From: Longimicrobiales bacterium
GTDB lineage: Bacteria; Gemmatimonadota; Gemmatimonadetes; Longimicrobiales; Gaopeijiaceae
DNA length: 64,000 nt
Assembly (NCBI GenBank): GCA_965202805.1
Contig: OZ241869.1
Coordinates: forward strand, 288,001-352,000
Reading direction: 5' to 3'
The notes beneath the pieces were generated by a model that was not told the origin of the DNA, ran no database searches, and was given only the letters and a program-made list of their open reading frames with translations. The first letter of the stretch is position 1; each line of letters starts with the position of its first letter. A program made the translations under genes and the position numbers. Below, piece by piece: positions 19,425-29,013 of this stretch.

Positions 19425-20164
19425 CCAACCCCCGCCCGCTCGAGCAGCTCTTCCACGTACTCGTGCGCGGGAGCGTCGCGCAACGCCTGCGGCGGGCCGA
19501 CCTGCATGAGCGCGCCGCCCTTCATGACCGCGATCTCATCCGCCAGCTCGACGGCCTCGTGGAGGTCGTGGGTTACCAGAAGAGCCGTCACCCCCATCCC
19601 CGCGCGCAGTTGGCGGAAGCTCCGTCGCAGCTCGCTGCGCGTGATGGCGTCCAGGGCGCCGAAAGGCTCGTCCAGCAGGATGATCTCCGGGCTTCCCGCC
19701 AGCGCCCGCGCGATAGCCACGCGCTGGCGCTGACCTCCCGAGAGGTCCCGGGGCCAGCGGTCCCCGAAGCGCGCCGGGGGCAGCCCCACCCGGTCCAGCG
19801 CTCCGCGGGCCCGCTCTTCGGCATCCGCTTCGCCCCTCAGCCAGGGCACCAGCCCCACGTTGCGGAGCACCGACCAGTGCGGGAGCAGCCCGCCCTCCTG
19901 CTGCACGTAGCCGATGCCGCGTCGAAGAACCACCGGATCGAACGACTCGACGGGTCGGCCGCCGACGTCCACGGAGCCGGCGTCGGGCCTGACCATGGCG
20001 TTGAAGCAGCGGAGCAGCGTCGTCTTCCCGGACCCGCTCTCGCCCACCAGCGCCACGCACGAGCCGCGCGCCACCTCCAGCGAAACCCGGTCGAGCGCGA
20101 TTGTGGCGCCATATCGCTTGACGGCTTCGTGCGCGCGCAACGCCGGATCCGATCGCGTGGTCAC
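19421..20164 (-). CDS. ABC ATP-binding subunit (OpuA/ProV-like)
   Basis: GESGSGKT, 'GYVQQEGGLLPHWSV', LSGGQRQRV, DEPFGALD. Its stop overlaps the start of the SBP-permease gene. Start approximate. Confidence 0.9.
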   Translation of the reverse strand: MTTRSDPALRAHEAVKRYGATIALDRVSLEVARGSCVALVGESGSGKTTLLRCFNAMVRPDAGSVDVGGRPVESFDPVVLRRGIGYVQQEGGLLPHWSVLRNVGLVPWLRGEADAEERARGALDRVGLPPARFGDRWPRDLSGGQRQRVAIARALAGSPEIILLDEPFGALDAITRSELRRSFRQLRAGMGVTALLVTHDLHEAVELADEIAVMKGGALMQVGPPQALRDAPAHEYVEELLERAGVG

Positions 20165-20297
20165 GCGCCGTTTCCCGCAGGTTCCGGGTCGCATCCGGCA
20201 TCAACTTGCGTTCGCGCTCGGCAACCGCACCTTATGGTGCGGCGCGGTCCCGGACTGCCTGAGCGACGTCTCAACCGCGGATCGAAGGGGTTGAATT

Positions 20298-20351
20298 CAT
20301 CAAGAGGGCCGTATCCATCAAGCGGGCCGTATCCATCAAGCGGGTTGCATC
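20298..20351. repeat. 18-nt tandem repeat x3 in the divergent egtB/transporter intergenic region
   Basis: CATCAAGAGGGCCGTATC / CATCAAGCGGGCCGTATC / CATCAAGCGGGTTGCATC. Confidence 0.85.
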
Positions 20352-20414
20352 CCATGACGCGCATCCTCCCTGGCACGGGCGCTCCATGGTAGCCGGGGAA
20401 CTAGGTCCGGGACA

Positions 20415-21746
20415 ATGACGGCGCCCGCCCTCGAACCTCGGGTGCTGCGCGACCGGCTGCGCGAGGCCCGCGACCGCACGCTCCAACTGGTCGCGCCGCT
20501 GGCCGACGCGGATGTGACCCGCCAGCACAATCCGCTCATGTCGCCCATCGTCTGGGATCTGGGCCACATCGCGCACTTCGAGGAAGTGTGGCTGCTTGAG
20601 AACGTCGACGGCGCGGGCCCCGGGACCGAGGGACTGCGCGGCATCTACGACGCGTTCCGTCATCCCCGCGCCAGCCGCGACCGGCTGCCGCTCCCGGACC
20701 GGGCGACCTGCCTCGACTACCTGGCCGACGTGCGGCGCGCGGTGCTTCGCAAGATGGAAGGGATCGACCCGCGCGCGGACACCCCGCTCCTCCGCGGTGG
20801 CTACGTCTTCAACATGGTGTTGCAGCACGAGTACCAGCACAACGAGACCATCATGCAGACGCTGCAGCTGATGGACGGGGAGCCGTACGCGGGACTTGGA
20901 GGGAAACGGTGTGGGGCGGCTACGGGCGATGGGGTCGAGAATCAGCCACAGACTGAAGACATGGTCCACTTCCCGGGCGGAGACGTCTTCGTCGGCACCG
21001 GTGACCGGTCGCACGCCTACGACAACGAGCGCCCGCGCACCCGCCTGCGGGTGGAGCCCTTCCGCATCGACCGCCATCCCGTCGACAACGCCGCCTTCAT
21101 GGACTTCATCGCGTCGGGCGGCTACCGGACAGACGCGCACTGGAGCGAAGCGGGGCTCGCCTGGCGCGCCGGCGAGCGTGCCCGGGCCCCCCTCTTCTGG
21201 TTCAGGCGGGACGGCGCGTGGTGGACCCGCACGCTGGGGCGCGAGGCCCCGGTCGACCCCGCGCTTCCGGTGTGCCACGTCTCCTGGTACGAGGCCGACG
21301 CCTTCGCGCGCCGCGCCGGCAAGCGGCTCCCCACCGAAGCGGAGTGGGAGGTGGCGGCCGGCTGGGATCCGGCCCGGAAGCGCACGCTCCTCTATCCATG
21401 GGGCGACGAGCCCGCCACGCCATCGCGCGCCAACCTGGACGCCGTCCACCCCGGACCGGCTCCTCCGGGGAGCCATCCCGGCAACGTCTCGCCGCTCGGC
21501 TGCTACGGAATGATCGGCGACGTCTGGGAATGGACATCGTCCCACTTCCGCCCCTATCCCGGATTCGAGGCCTTCCCGTATCCGGAATACTCGGAGGTCT
21601 TCTTCGGGGACGAGTACCGGGTGCTGCGCGGCGGATCCTGGGCGACCCGCCCGGGCGCCATCCGCAACACCTTCCGCAACTGGGATTATCCGCAGCGCAG
21701 ACAGATCTTCTCGGGGTTCAGGTGCGCGAGCGACGCGAGGAGCTGA
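20415..21746 (+). CDS. egtB: Ergothioneine biosynthesis sulfoxide synthase EgtB (type I-like)
   Basis: DinB domain 'SPIVWDLGH', Fe-binding 'QHEYQHNET', FGE-like domain, RASR (RxxR) and 'RNWDYPQRRQIF' motifs, Tyr in 'FPYPEYS'. Adjacent to egtD. Confidence 0.92.
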   Translation: MTAPALEPRVLRDRLREARDRTLQLVAPLADADVTRQHNPLMSPIVWDLGHIAHFEEVWLLENVDGAGPGTEGLRGIYDAFRHPRASRDRLPLPDRATCLDYLADVRRAVLRKMEGIDPRADTPLLRGGYVFNMVLQHEYQHNETIMQTLQLMDGEPYAGLGGKRCGAATGDGVENQPQTEDMVHFPGGDVFVGTGDRSHAYDNERPRTRLRVEPFRIDRHPVDNAAFMDFIASGGYRTDAHWSEAGLAWRAGERARAPLFWFRRDGAWWTRTLGREAPVDPALPVCHVSWYEADAFARRAGKRLPTEAEWEVAAGWDPARKRTLLYPWGDEPATPSRANLDAVHPGPAPPGSHPGNVSPLGCYGMIGDVWEWTSSHFRPYPGFEAFPYPEYSEVFFGDEYRVLRGGSWATRPGAIRNTFRNWDYPQRRQIFSGFRCASDARS

Positions 21747-22687
21747 GCGAACTGGCGCGCGGTCTGGCGCGCACGCCGAAGACCGTCTCGTCGCGCTACT
21801 TCTACGACGAGCGCGGATCAGAGCTCTTCGAGGCCATCACCCGGCTCCCCGAGTACTATCTCACCCGCGCCGAGCGGGGTCTGCTGACGCACATCGCACC
21901 CGCGCTGATCGAGGAGGTGCAGCCACGCGCGCTGGTCGAGCTCGGAGCAGGAAGCGCGCGCAAGACGCGGATCCTCCTGGACGCGATGACCGAGGGCGGG
22001 AGAGCCGCGGTCTACGTTCCGGTCGATGTCAGCGAGGATTTCCTGCTCGAGACGGCCGGTCGGCTGCGCGAGGAATATCCCGCGCTGGAGGTGCGGCCCG
22101 AAGTGGCGGACATGGAGCGCGGTCTCCGGCTTGCCGTCCGGCCGCCGACGCCCTGCATCCATGCGCTGCTAGGGAGCACCATCGGCAACTTCACTCATGA
22201 GGAGGCGGTGCGCATGATCGCCGGGCTCACCTCCGGAATGCGCGACGGGGACGTATTTCTGCTGGGCGCCGATCTGCGGCCCGGTCCGGGCAAGTCGCTC
22301 GAGGTTCTCGAGGCCGCCTATAACGATGCCGTGGGGCTGACCGCGGAATTCAACCGCAATCTGCTGCGGGTGCTGAATGCCCGTTTCGGCACCGATTTCG
22401 ATCCCTCGCGCTTTCGCCACCTCGCCTCGTATCATACAGGCAAAACGCGCATCGAGATGCACTTGGAGGCTCTCACGGCGCATGCGGTGGCCTTGCCCGG
22501 CGGTCCCGTGATATCCTTTCAGGAAGGCGAGAAGCTGCGCACGGAAATCAGTTGCAAGTACGATCGGGCTGCGGTGCGCTCGCTGCTCGGTCAGGCGGGA
22601 TTGAAGATGGTGCGCTGGTGGACCGACGAGAGGGAACGATTCGCGCTGGCGCTGGGCGCCATGACCTCGGAAGGAGGCTCTCGGTGA
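21722..22687 (+). CDS. egtD: L-histidine N-alpha-trimethyltransferase EgtD
   Basis: 'YFYDERGSELFEAITRLPEYYLTRAE', 'ELGAGSARKT', 'LGSTIGN', 'AYNDAVGLTAEFNRN', 'TEISCKY'. GTG start overlaps the end of egtB. Confidence 0.93.
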   Translation: MRERREELSELARGLARTPKTVSSRYFYDERGSELFEAITRLPEYYLTRAERGLLTHIAPALIEEVQPRALVELGAGSARKTRILLDAMTEGGRAAVYVPVDVSEDFLLETAGRLREEYPALEVRPEVADMERGLRLAVRPPTPCIHALLGSTIGNFTHEEAVRMIAGLTSGMRDGDVFLLGADLRPGPGKSLEVLEAAYNDAVGLTAEFNRNLLRVLNARFGTDFDPSRFRHLASYHTGKTRIEMHLEALTAHAVALPGGPVISFQEGEKLRTEISCKYDRAAVRSLLGQAGLKMVRWWTDERERFALALGAMTSEGGSR

Positions 22688-23646
22688 AGAGGATCGGGTT
22701 GGTGGGTGTCGGGGTGTTGTCGCTGTTCGTGGTGACGAGAATCTTCTTCGGGGGTGAGGCGTCGGCTGCGGGAGGGAGTTCGGTGGACGAGACCGAGCCG
22801 ACCCGCGAGGTCGCCGCGCCAACCCCGGTTGCCGAGGTGGTGGGCCCGACCGCCGCGGTTCCGCAACCGGCGGCGGAGAACGGCGCATCGCTCGCCACCC
22901 CGCCACGCCCCGCGCCCCCGGCCACGCCGACCGTGCAGGAAGCCCGGGCGGCCCCGCCGCAGGAGGCTCCGCGCCGCCGCCGCTGGCGGAACTACAACCG
23001 CTACCCCGGGCCCATCCCCACCCCGGAGGAGTGGCGCGCCCCCGACGGACCGGTGCGCATTGCCCTGCAGGTGGGTCACTGGCGGACCGAGGAGGCCCCC
23101 CGCGAGCTCTCGGGACTGCGGCGCAACGGGGCCAACTGGAACGGGCTCGCGGAGTGGGAGGTGAACCTGGAGATCGCGCGCCACGCCGGCGCCATGCTGG
23201 AAGAGCTGGGCTATCTGGTCGACATCCTGCCCGCCGTGGTGCCTCCCGACTACCGCGCGCACCTCTTCATCGCCATCCATGCCGACGCGAGCGCCGACCC
23301 CGGCGTGGACGGCTACCGGGTGGCGGCCCCGAGCCGCGACGCCACCGGTCGCGCCGCCGACTTCGTCGCCCTGCTCAACCGCACCTACGGCGAGGTGACC
23401 GGCCTCAGGCGGCTCCCGACCGTAACCCGGCGCATGCGCAACTACTACGCGTTCAACTTCCGCCGCTACGAACACGCCCTCCACCCCATGACCATCGCGA
23501 CGATCATCGAAACCGGCTTCCTCACCAACGCCGGCGACCGCGAAACCATCGTGGCGCAGCCCGAGCGGGTCGCGCGCGGGATCGTCGAGGCCATCACCGC
23601 GTTCCCCATCACGCCCCCGCCCGGACGGGCCAGCACGTCGCCGTAA
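22684..23646 (+). CDS. N-acetylmuramoyl-L-alanine amidase (Amidase_3-like), membrane-anchored
   Basis: N-terminal TM, Pro-rich linker, 'IALQVGH', 'EWEVNL', 'FIAIHAD', 'IIETGFLTN'. Confidence 0.8.
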   Translation: MKRIGLVGVGVLSLFVVTRIFFGGEASAAGGSSVDETEPTREVAAPTPVAEVVGPTAAVPQPAAENGASLATPPRPAPPATPTVQEARAAPPQEAPRRRRWRNYNRYPGPIPTPEEWRAPDGPVRIALQVGHWRTEEAPRELSGLRRNGANWNGLAEWEVNLEIARHAGAMLEELGYLVDILPAVVPPDYRAHLFIAIHADASADPGVDGYRVAAPSRDATGRAADFVALLNRTYGEVTGLRRLPTVTRRMRNYYAFNFRRYEHALHPMTIATIIETGFLTNAGDRETIVAQPERVARGIVEAITAFPITPPPGRASTSP

Positions 23647-23679
23647 CCGGCCACCCTCCAGTCCAGCCCCGAAGCGTCC

Positions 23680-24381
23680 ATGGAACTCAACAATGCTGTC
23701 GCGCTGGTCACCGGCGGGTCCGAGGGGATCGGGCGCGCCATCGCCGAAGCGCTCATCGCGGAGGGCTCGAGGGTCACCATAACGGGCCGCCGGAAGGACT
23801 TCCTTTCCGTGATCGCCGACGAGATCGGAGCGGACTGGATCGCGGGCGACGTGGGCGTCGAGGAGGATGCGGTGCGCACCGTGCAGGAGGTGATCGCCAG
23901 GAACGGCCACCTCGACATCCTCGTCAACAACGCGGGCTTCGGCCTCTTCAAGCCGCTGGTGGACATGACGCTCGAGGAACTCGAGAAGGTGTATCGCACC
24001 AACGTCTTCGGAGCTTTTCTGATGGCGCGCGAGGCCGCCCGTCACTTCATCGACCAGGGCAGCGGCGAGCTGATCAACATCGCGTCCACTTCGGGGCTCC
24101 GGGGAAGCGGCGGACGCACCGCCTACGCCTCCTCCAAGTTCGCCTTGCGCGGCATGACCGAATGCTGGCGCGACGAGCTCCGCCGCCACGACATCCGGGT
24201 CACGCTCGTGAATCCGAGCGAGGTCATGACCAACTTCGCGGCCAAGGCGGGCGTCGAGCGCGAGCGCTCCGACAAGAAACTCACCCCCACGGAAATCGCC
24301 ACCGCGGTGGTGGGCGCGCTCAAGGTGGATGCGCGCGGCTTCGTGCCCGAGTTCTCGGTGTTCGCGACGAATCCGTTCTGA
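23680..24381 (+). CDS. Short-chain dehydrogenase/reductase
   Basis: TGGSEGIG, NNAG, YxxxK 'YASSK'. Confidence 0.92.
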   Translation: MELNNAVALVTGGSEGIGRAIAEALIAEGSRVTITGRRKDFLSVIADEIGADWIAGDVGVEEDAVRTVQEVIARNGHLDILVNNAGFGLFKPLVDMTLEELEKVYRTNVFGAFLMAREAARHFIDQGSGELINIASTSGLRGSGGRTAYASSKFALRGMTECWRDELRRHDIRVTLVNPSEVMTNFAAKAGVERERSDKKLTPTEIATAVVGALKVDARGFVPEFSVFATNPF

Positions 24382-24522
24382 GAATCCCGAAGGTGGGCGC
24401 GAAGGTTGGCAACAGCGCCGCAAGCGGGATTCCCGTTGGGGACACACGACTTGCGCGCACATTGACTCATGCCACCCTGATCCGTACGTTTTGGCATCGT
24501 AACCGCCAGTTTGCGACGCAAA

Positions 24523-25680
24523 ATGGAATTTGTACGTCGATTTTTCCGCATTCCCGAGCAGAGCTTCTTCCTGTTCGGTCCCCGTGGAACCGGCAAGTCT
24601 ACATGGCTGCGCGCGCAATTGCCCGACTCCCTGTACCTCGATCTGCTGGAACCGCCCCTCCACCGCAGGTTGCTGGCGCGGCCGGAACGGCTCCGGCGGC
24701 TGCTGGCCGGTTCCCCGCAGGCGCGCACCGTCGTAATCGACGAGATTCAGAGGGTGCCGGAACTGCTCTCCGTTGTGCACGCAATCCTGGAGAGCCCGTC
24801 GCCACCGCGCTTCGTGCTGACCGGGTCGAGCGCCCGCAAGCTGAGGCGCGGTGATGTCAACCTGTTGGGAGGCCGGGCCTTGCACTGCACCCTTCATCCC
24901 TTCATGGCTGCCGAGTTGCCCACTTTCGATCTTGAGCGCGCACTTGCGACCGGCCTGGTCCCCCTCGTCGTCGATGCGCGCGATCCCGAAAGGAGCCTGG
25001 GCGCCTATGCCAGCGTCTACATCGATCAGGAGGTGCGCGCCGAGGGACTTACCCGCAACGTCGGCGGCTTTGCGCGGTTTCTGGAAGCGATCAGCTTTTC
25101 CCACGGCGGGCAGCTGAACATCTCGTCCATCGCCAGGGAGTGCGAAGTGGAGCGCAAGGCGGTCGCCGGGTACGTCAGTATCCTGGAGGACCTCCTGGTC
25201 GCGTTTCGGCTGCCGGTGTTCCGTAAGCGCGCCAAACGGGCGACCGTAGCCCGCGACAAGGTCTACCTGTTCGACACGGGCGTCTTCCGTTCCTTGCGTC
25301 CCACCGGACCACTCGACCGCCCCGGCGAGATCGACGGCCAGGCGCTCGAAGGGCTGGTGGCTCAGCATCTGCGGGCCTGGGCCGCGTATTCGCCTGGCGA
25401 CGCGTCCGTGTATTTCTGGCGCACCCGAGGAGGGTCCGAGGTCGATTTCGTTGTCTATGGAGAAGCCGGCTTCCACGCATTCGAAGTCAAGAACGCCCGT
25501 CGCGTGCATGCCTCCGACCTCCGAGCCCTGCGGACATTCCGAGGCGATTACCCGGAGGCGACCGCGGCACTCTTGTACCGTGGCTCCGAACGGTTGAGAA
25601 TCGACGGTATCTGGTGTCTGCCGGTGGAGGCCTTTCTGGCGCGGATCGTACCGGAAGAAGGCCTGCTGGACTGGCTTTGA
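24523..25680 (+). CDS. AAA+ ATPase with DUF4143
   Basis: GPRGTGKS, IDEIQR, 'FVLTGSSARKL', 'KVYLFDTG', 'EVDFV...FEVK'. Confidence 0.9.
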   Translation: MEFVRRFFRIPEQSFFLFGPRGTGKSTWLRAQLPDSLYLDLLEPPLHRRLLARPERLRRLLAGSPQARTVVIDEIQRVPELLSVVHAILESPSPPRFVLTGSSARKLRRGDVNLLGGRALHCTLHPFMAAELPTFDLERALATGLVPLVVDARDPERSLGAYASVYIDQEVRAEGLTRNVGGFARFLEAISFSHGGQLNISSIARECEVERKAVAGYVSILEDLLVAFRLPVFRKRAKRATVARDKVYLFDTGVFRSLRPTGPLDRPGEIDGQALEGLVAQHLRAWAAYSPGDASVYFWRTRGGSEVDFVVYGEAGFHAFEVKNARRVHASDLRALRTFRGDYPEATAALLYRGSERLRIDGIWCLPVEAFLARIVPEEGLLDWL

Positions 25681-25694
25681 ACGCGAGTGCCGAT

Positions 25695-26897
25695 ATGACA
25701 GAAGCCTGCCCCAACTGCGGATCGTATCGCCCCGACCGCTTCTGCAGCCACTGCGGCCAGAACGACCGCGACTACATGCGCGGCCTCTGGTCGGTGGTGT
25801 ACGAGTTCTTCCGCGAGATGTTCGAGCTGGACTCGAGGCTCTTCCGCACCCTGAAGTCGCTGCTCTTCAGGCCCGGACACCTGTCGAGGGAATTCTCCCG
25901 CAACCGCCGCGCCGCCTACATGTCGCCGGTCCGGCTCTACCTCTTCACCAGCTTCCTGTTCTTCCTGGTGCTGTCGATTTCAGCGGGGGGTTGGCTGCGG
26001 AATCTGGATATGTCGGATGCGGATGTGCAGATGGGCGCCGGCGACGATCCCGCGGCAGCGGACAGCGCGCGTGCGGTGGCCGACAGCCTGCTGGCGGCGG
26101 TGGACAGCGCTCTGGCCGATAGCGGGCTTCCGGCTGGACTCGGGCTTGGCGCGCTTGTGGATGGCGTACTGGCGGATAGTACGCTGGCGGCGGACACACC
26201 GGCGGACAGTACCCTTGCCGAGGGTGCGCCGGCAGCCCCGGCGAGAGCACCGGGGGCCGCGGCGGAAGCGCAGATGGGCGCCGGGGATGATCAGGGGAGC
26301 GAAGCGGTGGATTCCGTCCAGCTCGAAGTCCTCAAGGCCCGGCTGCTCCCCGAACACGCCCGCAAGGTGGATGACATCCTGGGCCGACCGGGCGAGTCGC
26401 CCGCGAAGCTGGTGGTCCGCGTACTTGCCGGATCGGTGGACCCGGACGAGCGCGCCAGCGGTGTGCCCGGATGGCTCATCCGGTACGGGCGCAGCCTCCT
26501 GATCGATGCCGCCCACAGCCCCGAGGCCTTCCTGCAGCGGGCCATCGGCAACCTGCCGATCACGATGTTCTTCCTGCTTCCGGTCTTCGCCATGATCCTC
26601 GGGGTCTGCTACTTCCGGAGGAAGAGGTTCTTCGTCGAGCATCTGGTGTTCGGCATGCACATCCACACCTTCGCCTTTCTGATGCTGGCAGCGGCGCTGC
26701 TGGTACCCGGCGAAACCACCGGCAACTGGGTGAAGCTGTTCCTGATCGTGGTACCCCCGCTCTATGTCCTCATCGCCATGCGCAGGTTCTATGGCGAGGG
26801 ATGGGGCCGGACGCTGGTCAAGGGGTTCGTGGTGTGGAACCTGTACTCGTTCGTGCTCGTCCCCGGTCTCCTGCTGGCGTTTCTCATCAGAACCTGA
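25695..26897 (+). CDS. DUF3667 membrane protein
   Basis: CPNCG...FCSHCGQ zinc ribbon, 'TLKSLLFRPG', 'YMSPVRLYL', 'FVEHLVF..HIH'. Internal low-complexity ADS/QMGAGDD repeats. Confidence 0.85.
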   Translation: MTEACPNCGSYRPDRFCSHCGQNDRDYMRGLWSVVYEFFREMFELDSRLFRTLKSLLFRPGHLSREFSRNRRAAYMSPVRLYLFTSFLFFLVLSISAGGWLRNLDMSDADVQMGAGDDPAAADSARAVADSLLAAVDSALADSGLPAGLGLGALVDGVLADSTLAADTPADSTLAEGAPAAPARAPGAAAEAQMGAGDDQGSEAVDSVQLEVLKARLLPEHARKVDDILGRPGESPAKLVVRVLAGSVDPDERASGVPGWLIRYGRSLLIDAAHSPEAFLQRAIGNLPITMFFLLPVFAMILGVCYFRRKRFFVEHLVFGMHIHTFAFLMLAAALLVPGETTGNWVKLFLIVVPPLYVLIAMRRFYGEGWGRTLVKGFVVWNLYSFVLVPGLLLAFLIRT

Positions 26898-26954
26898 GCG
26901 AAGTCTTTTCCTTCAGTTGGGCGTAGTATCAGTTGTGGATGTGCGATAGTATCA

Positions 26955-28991
26955 TCACCGCACCCGCCCGAAGCGCACGTCGCGCGTTCGCCCGTTCGAG
27001 AGGTAGAAGCCGATCACCTGACCGTTGCGGTCGCGCTCGAAGCGGAAGGTGAACCCGCTTCCCGAGAAGGTGTCCGGCTGGCCCGGCTCGAGCGCAGCGT
27101 CGTCGAGCCGGCGCTGCTTCATCACCAGCTCGCCGTCCTCCAAGGCGATGTCGTAGAAGGTCTCGACTTCCTCGCTGAAGTAGCGGCCGGCGTACTCGGC
27201 CGGATCCGGGGCCCCTTCCGCCGACTCGTCCGCCAGCCGCGTGGCGGGATGCTCGCCGTTCTGGTGCAGCGTGAGGCCGCTGACCGCGCCGTCCTCGTCG
27301 CGGTGGAAGGTGACCGAGGCCACCACCGCGGTCAGGCTGAAGGTCGAGTCCGAGGTGGGCACGATCCCGACTCGCGGCTGGCCGGTCGCCTGGACGTGGA
27401 GATCGTCGTCCTCGCGCGTGAAGGTGAGGATGAAGTTCGGGGCCTCGTCGAGGGCATAGCGGCCGACGAACTCGTCGAAGTCCTCGGGATCGTAGTCGTC
27501 GGGATCGAAGCCGCCTTCGTCGCCTTGCTCGACCAAGGCCTCCTCGGGCTCCATCGCGTCCGCGAAGAAGGCCGCCGCGAGCTCGTACGCCACCGCGCTG
27601 CTGAACTCGGCGTTGTTGCTCTGCGTGGTCAGGCCGGCGTTGATCTCCGGGTAGTAGGCCAGCATCGAACGGTGCGCGACGTCCGCGCCCCCGTGATGCA
27701 CCCGCCTGAGCCCGCGTTGCTCGTCTACGGAGAGACCGTACCCGTAGCCGGTCTCCTCGCCGTCCGAGAGGACGTAGGAGGTCATCATCTCGTCGAAGAT
27801 CCCGGCGCTGCCCAGCCGCGGGCTGGCGTAGTTCTCGACCCAGGTCTGCAGGTCTCCCACCGTCGAGTACATGCCGCCCGCACCCGCGGCGCCGCCCAGG
27901 TCGCCGACCTGGAGGAAGCCGTCGGGCCCGGGCGTGTAGCCCTCCGACATCTCCGGGACGATGTGGAGGGGCGAGGGGCGCACCATCGTGCGGGTCATCC
28001 CCAGGGGCTCGAAGACGTTCTCGCGCATGAAGGTGGGGAAGTCCTGGCCGGATGTGCGTTCGACGATGACCGCGGCCAGCCCGAAGGCCGTGTTGTTGTA
28101 GTTCCACTCGGCGCCGGGCTCGTTCTGCAGCGCGGGCTGGCGCTGCACGATGTCGATGAGCTCCGAGCGATCGATCCAGTCGCCGCGGTCCAGCCGGCGC
28201 CCGGTCATGCGGATCAGGTTCAGAAACTCGCGCAGGCCGGAGGTATGGGTGATGAGATGGCGCACGTTGATGGTCTGATCGAATTCCGGAAGCTCGGGGA
28301 TGTGCTTGCGGATGTCGTCATCGAGGGAGAGCAGCCCCCACTCGGCCTGGAGCATGATCGCGAAGGCGGTGAACTGCTTCGAGGTCGAGCCGATGTTGGT
28401 GCGCGTGTCGGTGGCGAAGGGGATGCCGTAGCCGAGGTTGGCCATGCCGTAGGCCTGCGAGTAGAGCGTCTCGCCGTCGCGCCAGACCTGGACCGCCGCC
28501 CCAGGGGTGTCCTCGCCGTCGAACCGCGCCATGAGCTGGTCCGTGAGCTTCTTCGGGTCGGTCTCGAGCGGCTCCAGGCGGAGCAGGGTGATCTCGTACT
28601 CGCCTGATTCGTCGTCGACCAGCGTCAGCTCCACGATGTGCGTGCCGGCTTCGGAAGAGCGTGCGTCGAAGCGCTCGATGCCCCGGCCGGGGCCGCTCGA
28701 GTCGCCCAGACGTTCTCCGTTGGGGGCGCGCACGTGCACGCGCAGATTCGCCGAGAGCTGGTCCACCTCGCCGAGCACGAAGTAGTCCTCGCCGGCCTCG
28801 AAGGTGTAGTGGACGGTGTCGCCTTCCGAGAGGGAGCCGGACAGCGTACGGCCGAGGGAGAGGGGCGTCGCGTCCTGAGCGGCGAGATGGCGGGGCAGGG
28901 GCGCCGCGCAGGCGACGGCCGCGAGCAGGGTGAGCGCGGCGAGCCGGACGACGCGGGAGGGGATCAGGATCGCTTCGGGTTGTTCACGCAT
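26955..28991 (-). CDS. Secreted serine hydrolase (beta-lactamase/AmpC family) with N-terminal PPC-like and C-terminal DUF3471-like domains
   Basis: SxxK 'GSTSK', 'LITHTSG', YxN 'YNN', 'HHGG'. Confidence 0.88.
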   Translation of the reverse strand: MREQPEAILIPSRVVRLAALTLLAAVACAAPLPRHLAAQDATPLSLGRTLSGSLSEGDTVHYTFEAGEDYFVLGEVDQLSANLRVHVRAPNGERLGDSSGPGRGIERFDARSSEAGTHIVELTLVDDESGEYEITLLRLEPLETDPKKLTDQLMARFDGEDTPGAAVQVWRDGETLYSQAYGMANLGYGIPFATDTRTNIGSTSKQFTAFAIMLQAEWGLLSLDDDIRKHIPELPEFDQTINVRHLITHTSGLREFLNLIRMTGRRLDRGDWIDRSELIDIVQRQPALQNEPGAEWNYNNTAFGLAAVIVERTSGQDFPTFMRENVFEPLGMTRTMVRPSPLHIVPEMSEGYTPGPDGFLQVGDLGGAAGAGGMYSTVGDLQTWVENYASPRLGSAGIFDEMMTSYVLSDGEETGYGYGLSVDEQRGLRRVHHGGADVAHRSMLAYYPEINAGLTTQSNNAEFSSAVAYELAAAFFADAMEPEEALVEQGDEGGFDPDDYDPEDFDEFVGRYALDEAPNFILTFTREDDDLHVQATGQPRVGIVPTSDSTFSLTAVVASVTFHRDEDGAVSGLTLHQNGEHPATRLADESAEGAPDPAEYAGRYFSEEVETFYDIALEDGELVMKQRRLDDAALEPGQPDTFSGSGFTFRFERDRNGQVIGFYLSNGRTRDVRFGRVR

Positions 28992-29013
28992 GGATTCTTC
29001 TCGGGAAGGGGTC

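Noticed and set aside
20298..20351. Short repeats as a CRISPR array
   Set aside because: Contiguous tandem units with no unique spacers and no cas genes. The same holds for the repeats at 5899, 35043 and 55214.
20415..21746. EgtB homolog as SenA (selenoneine) or OvoA
   Set aside because: No senB or selD-like neighbours and no C-terminal methyltransferase domain. The egtD adjacency and type I motifs fit EgtB.
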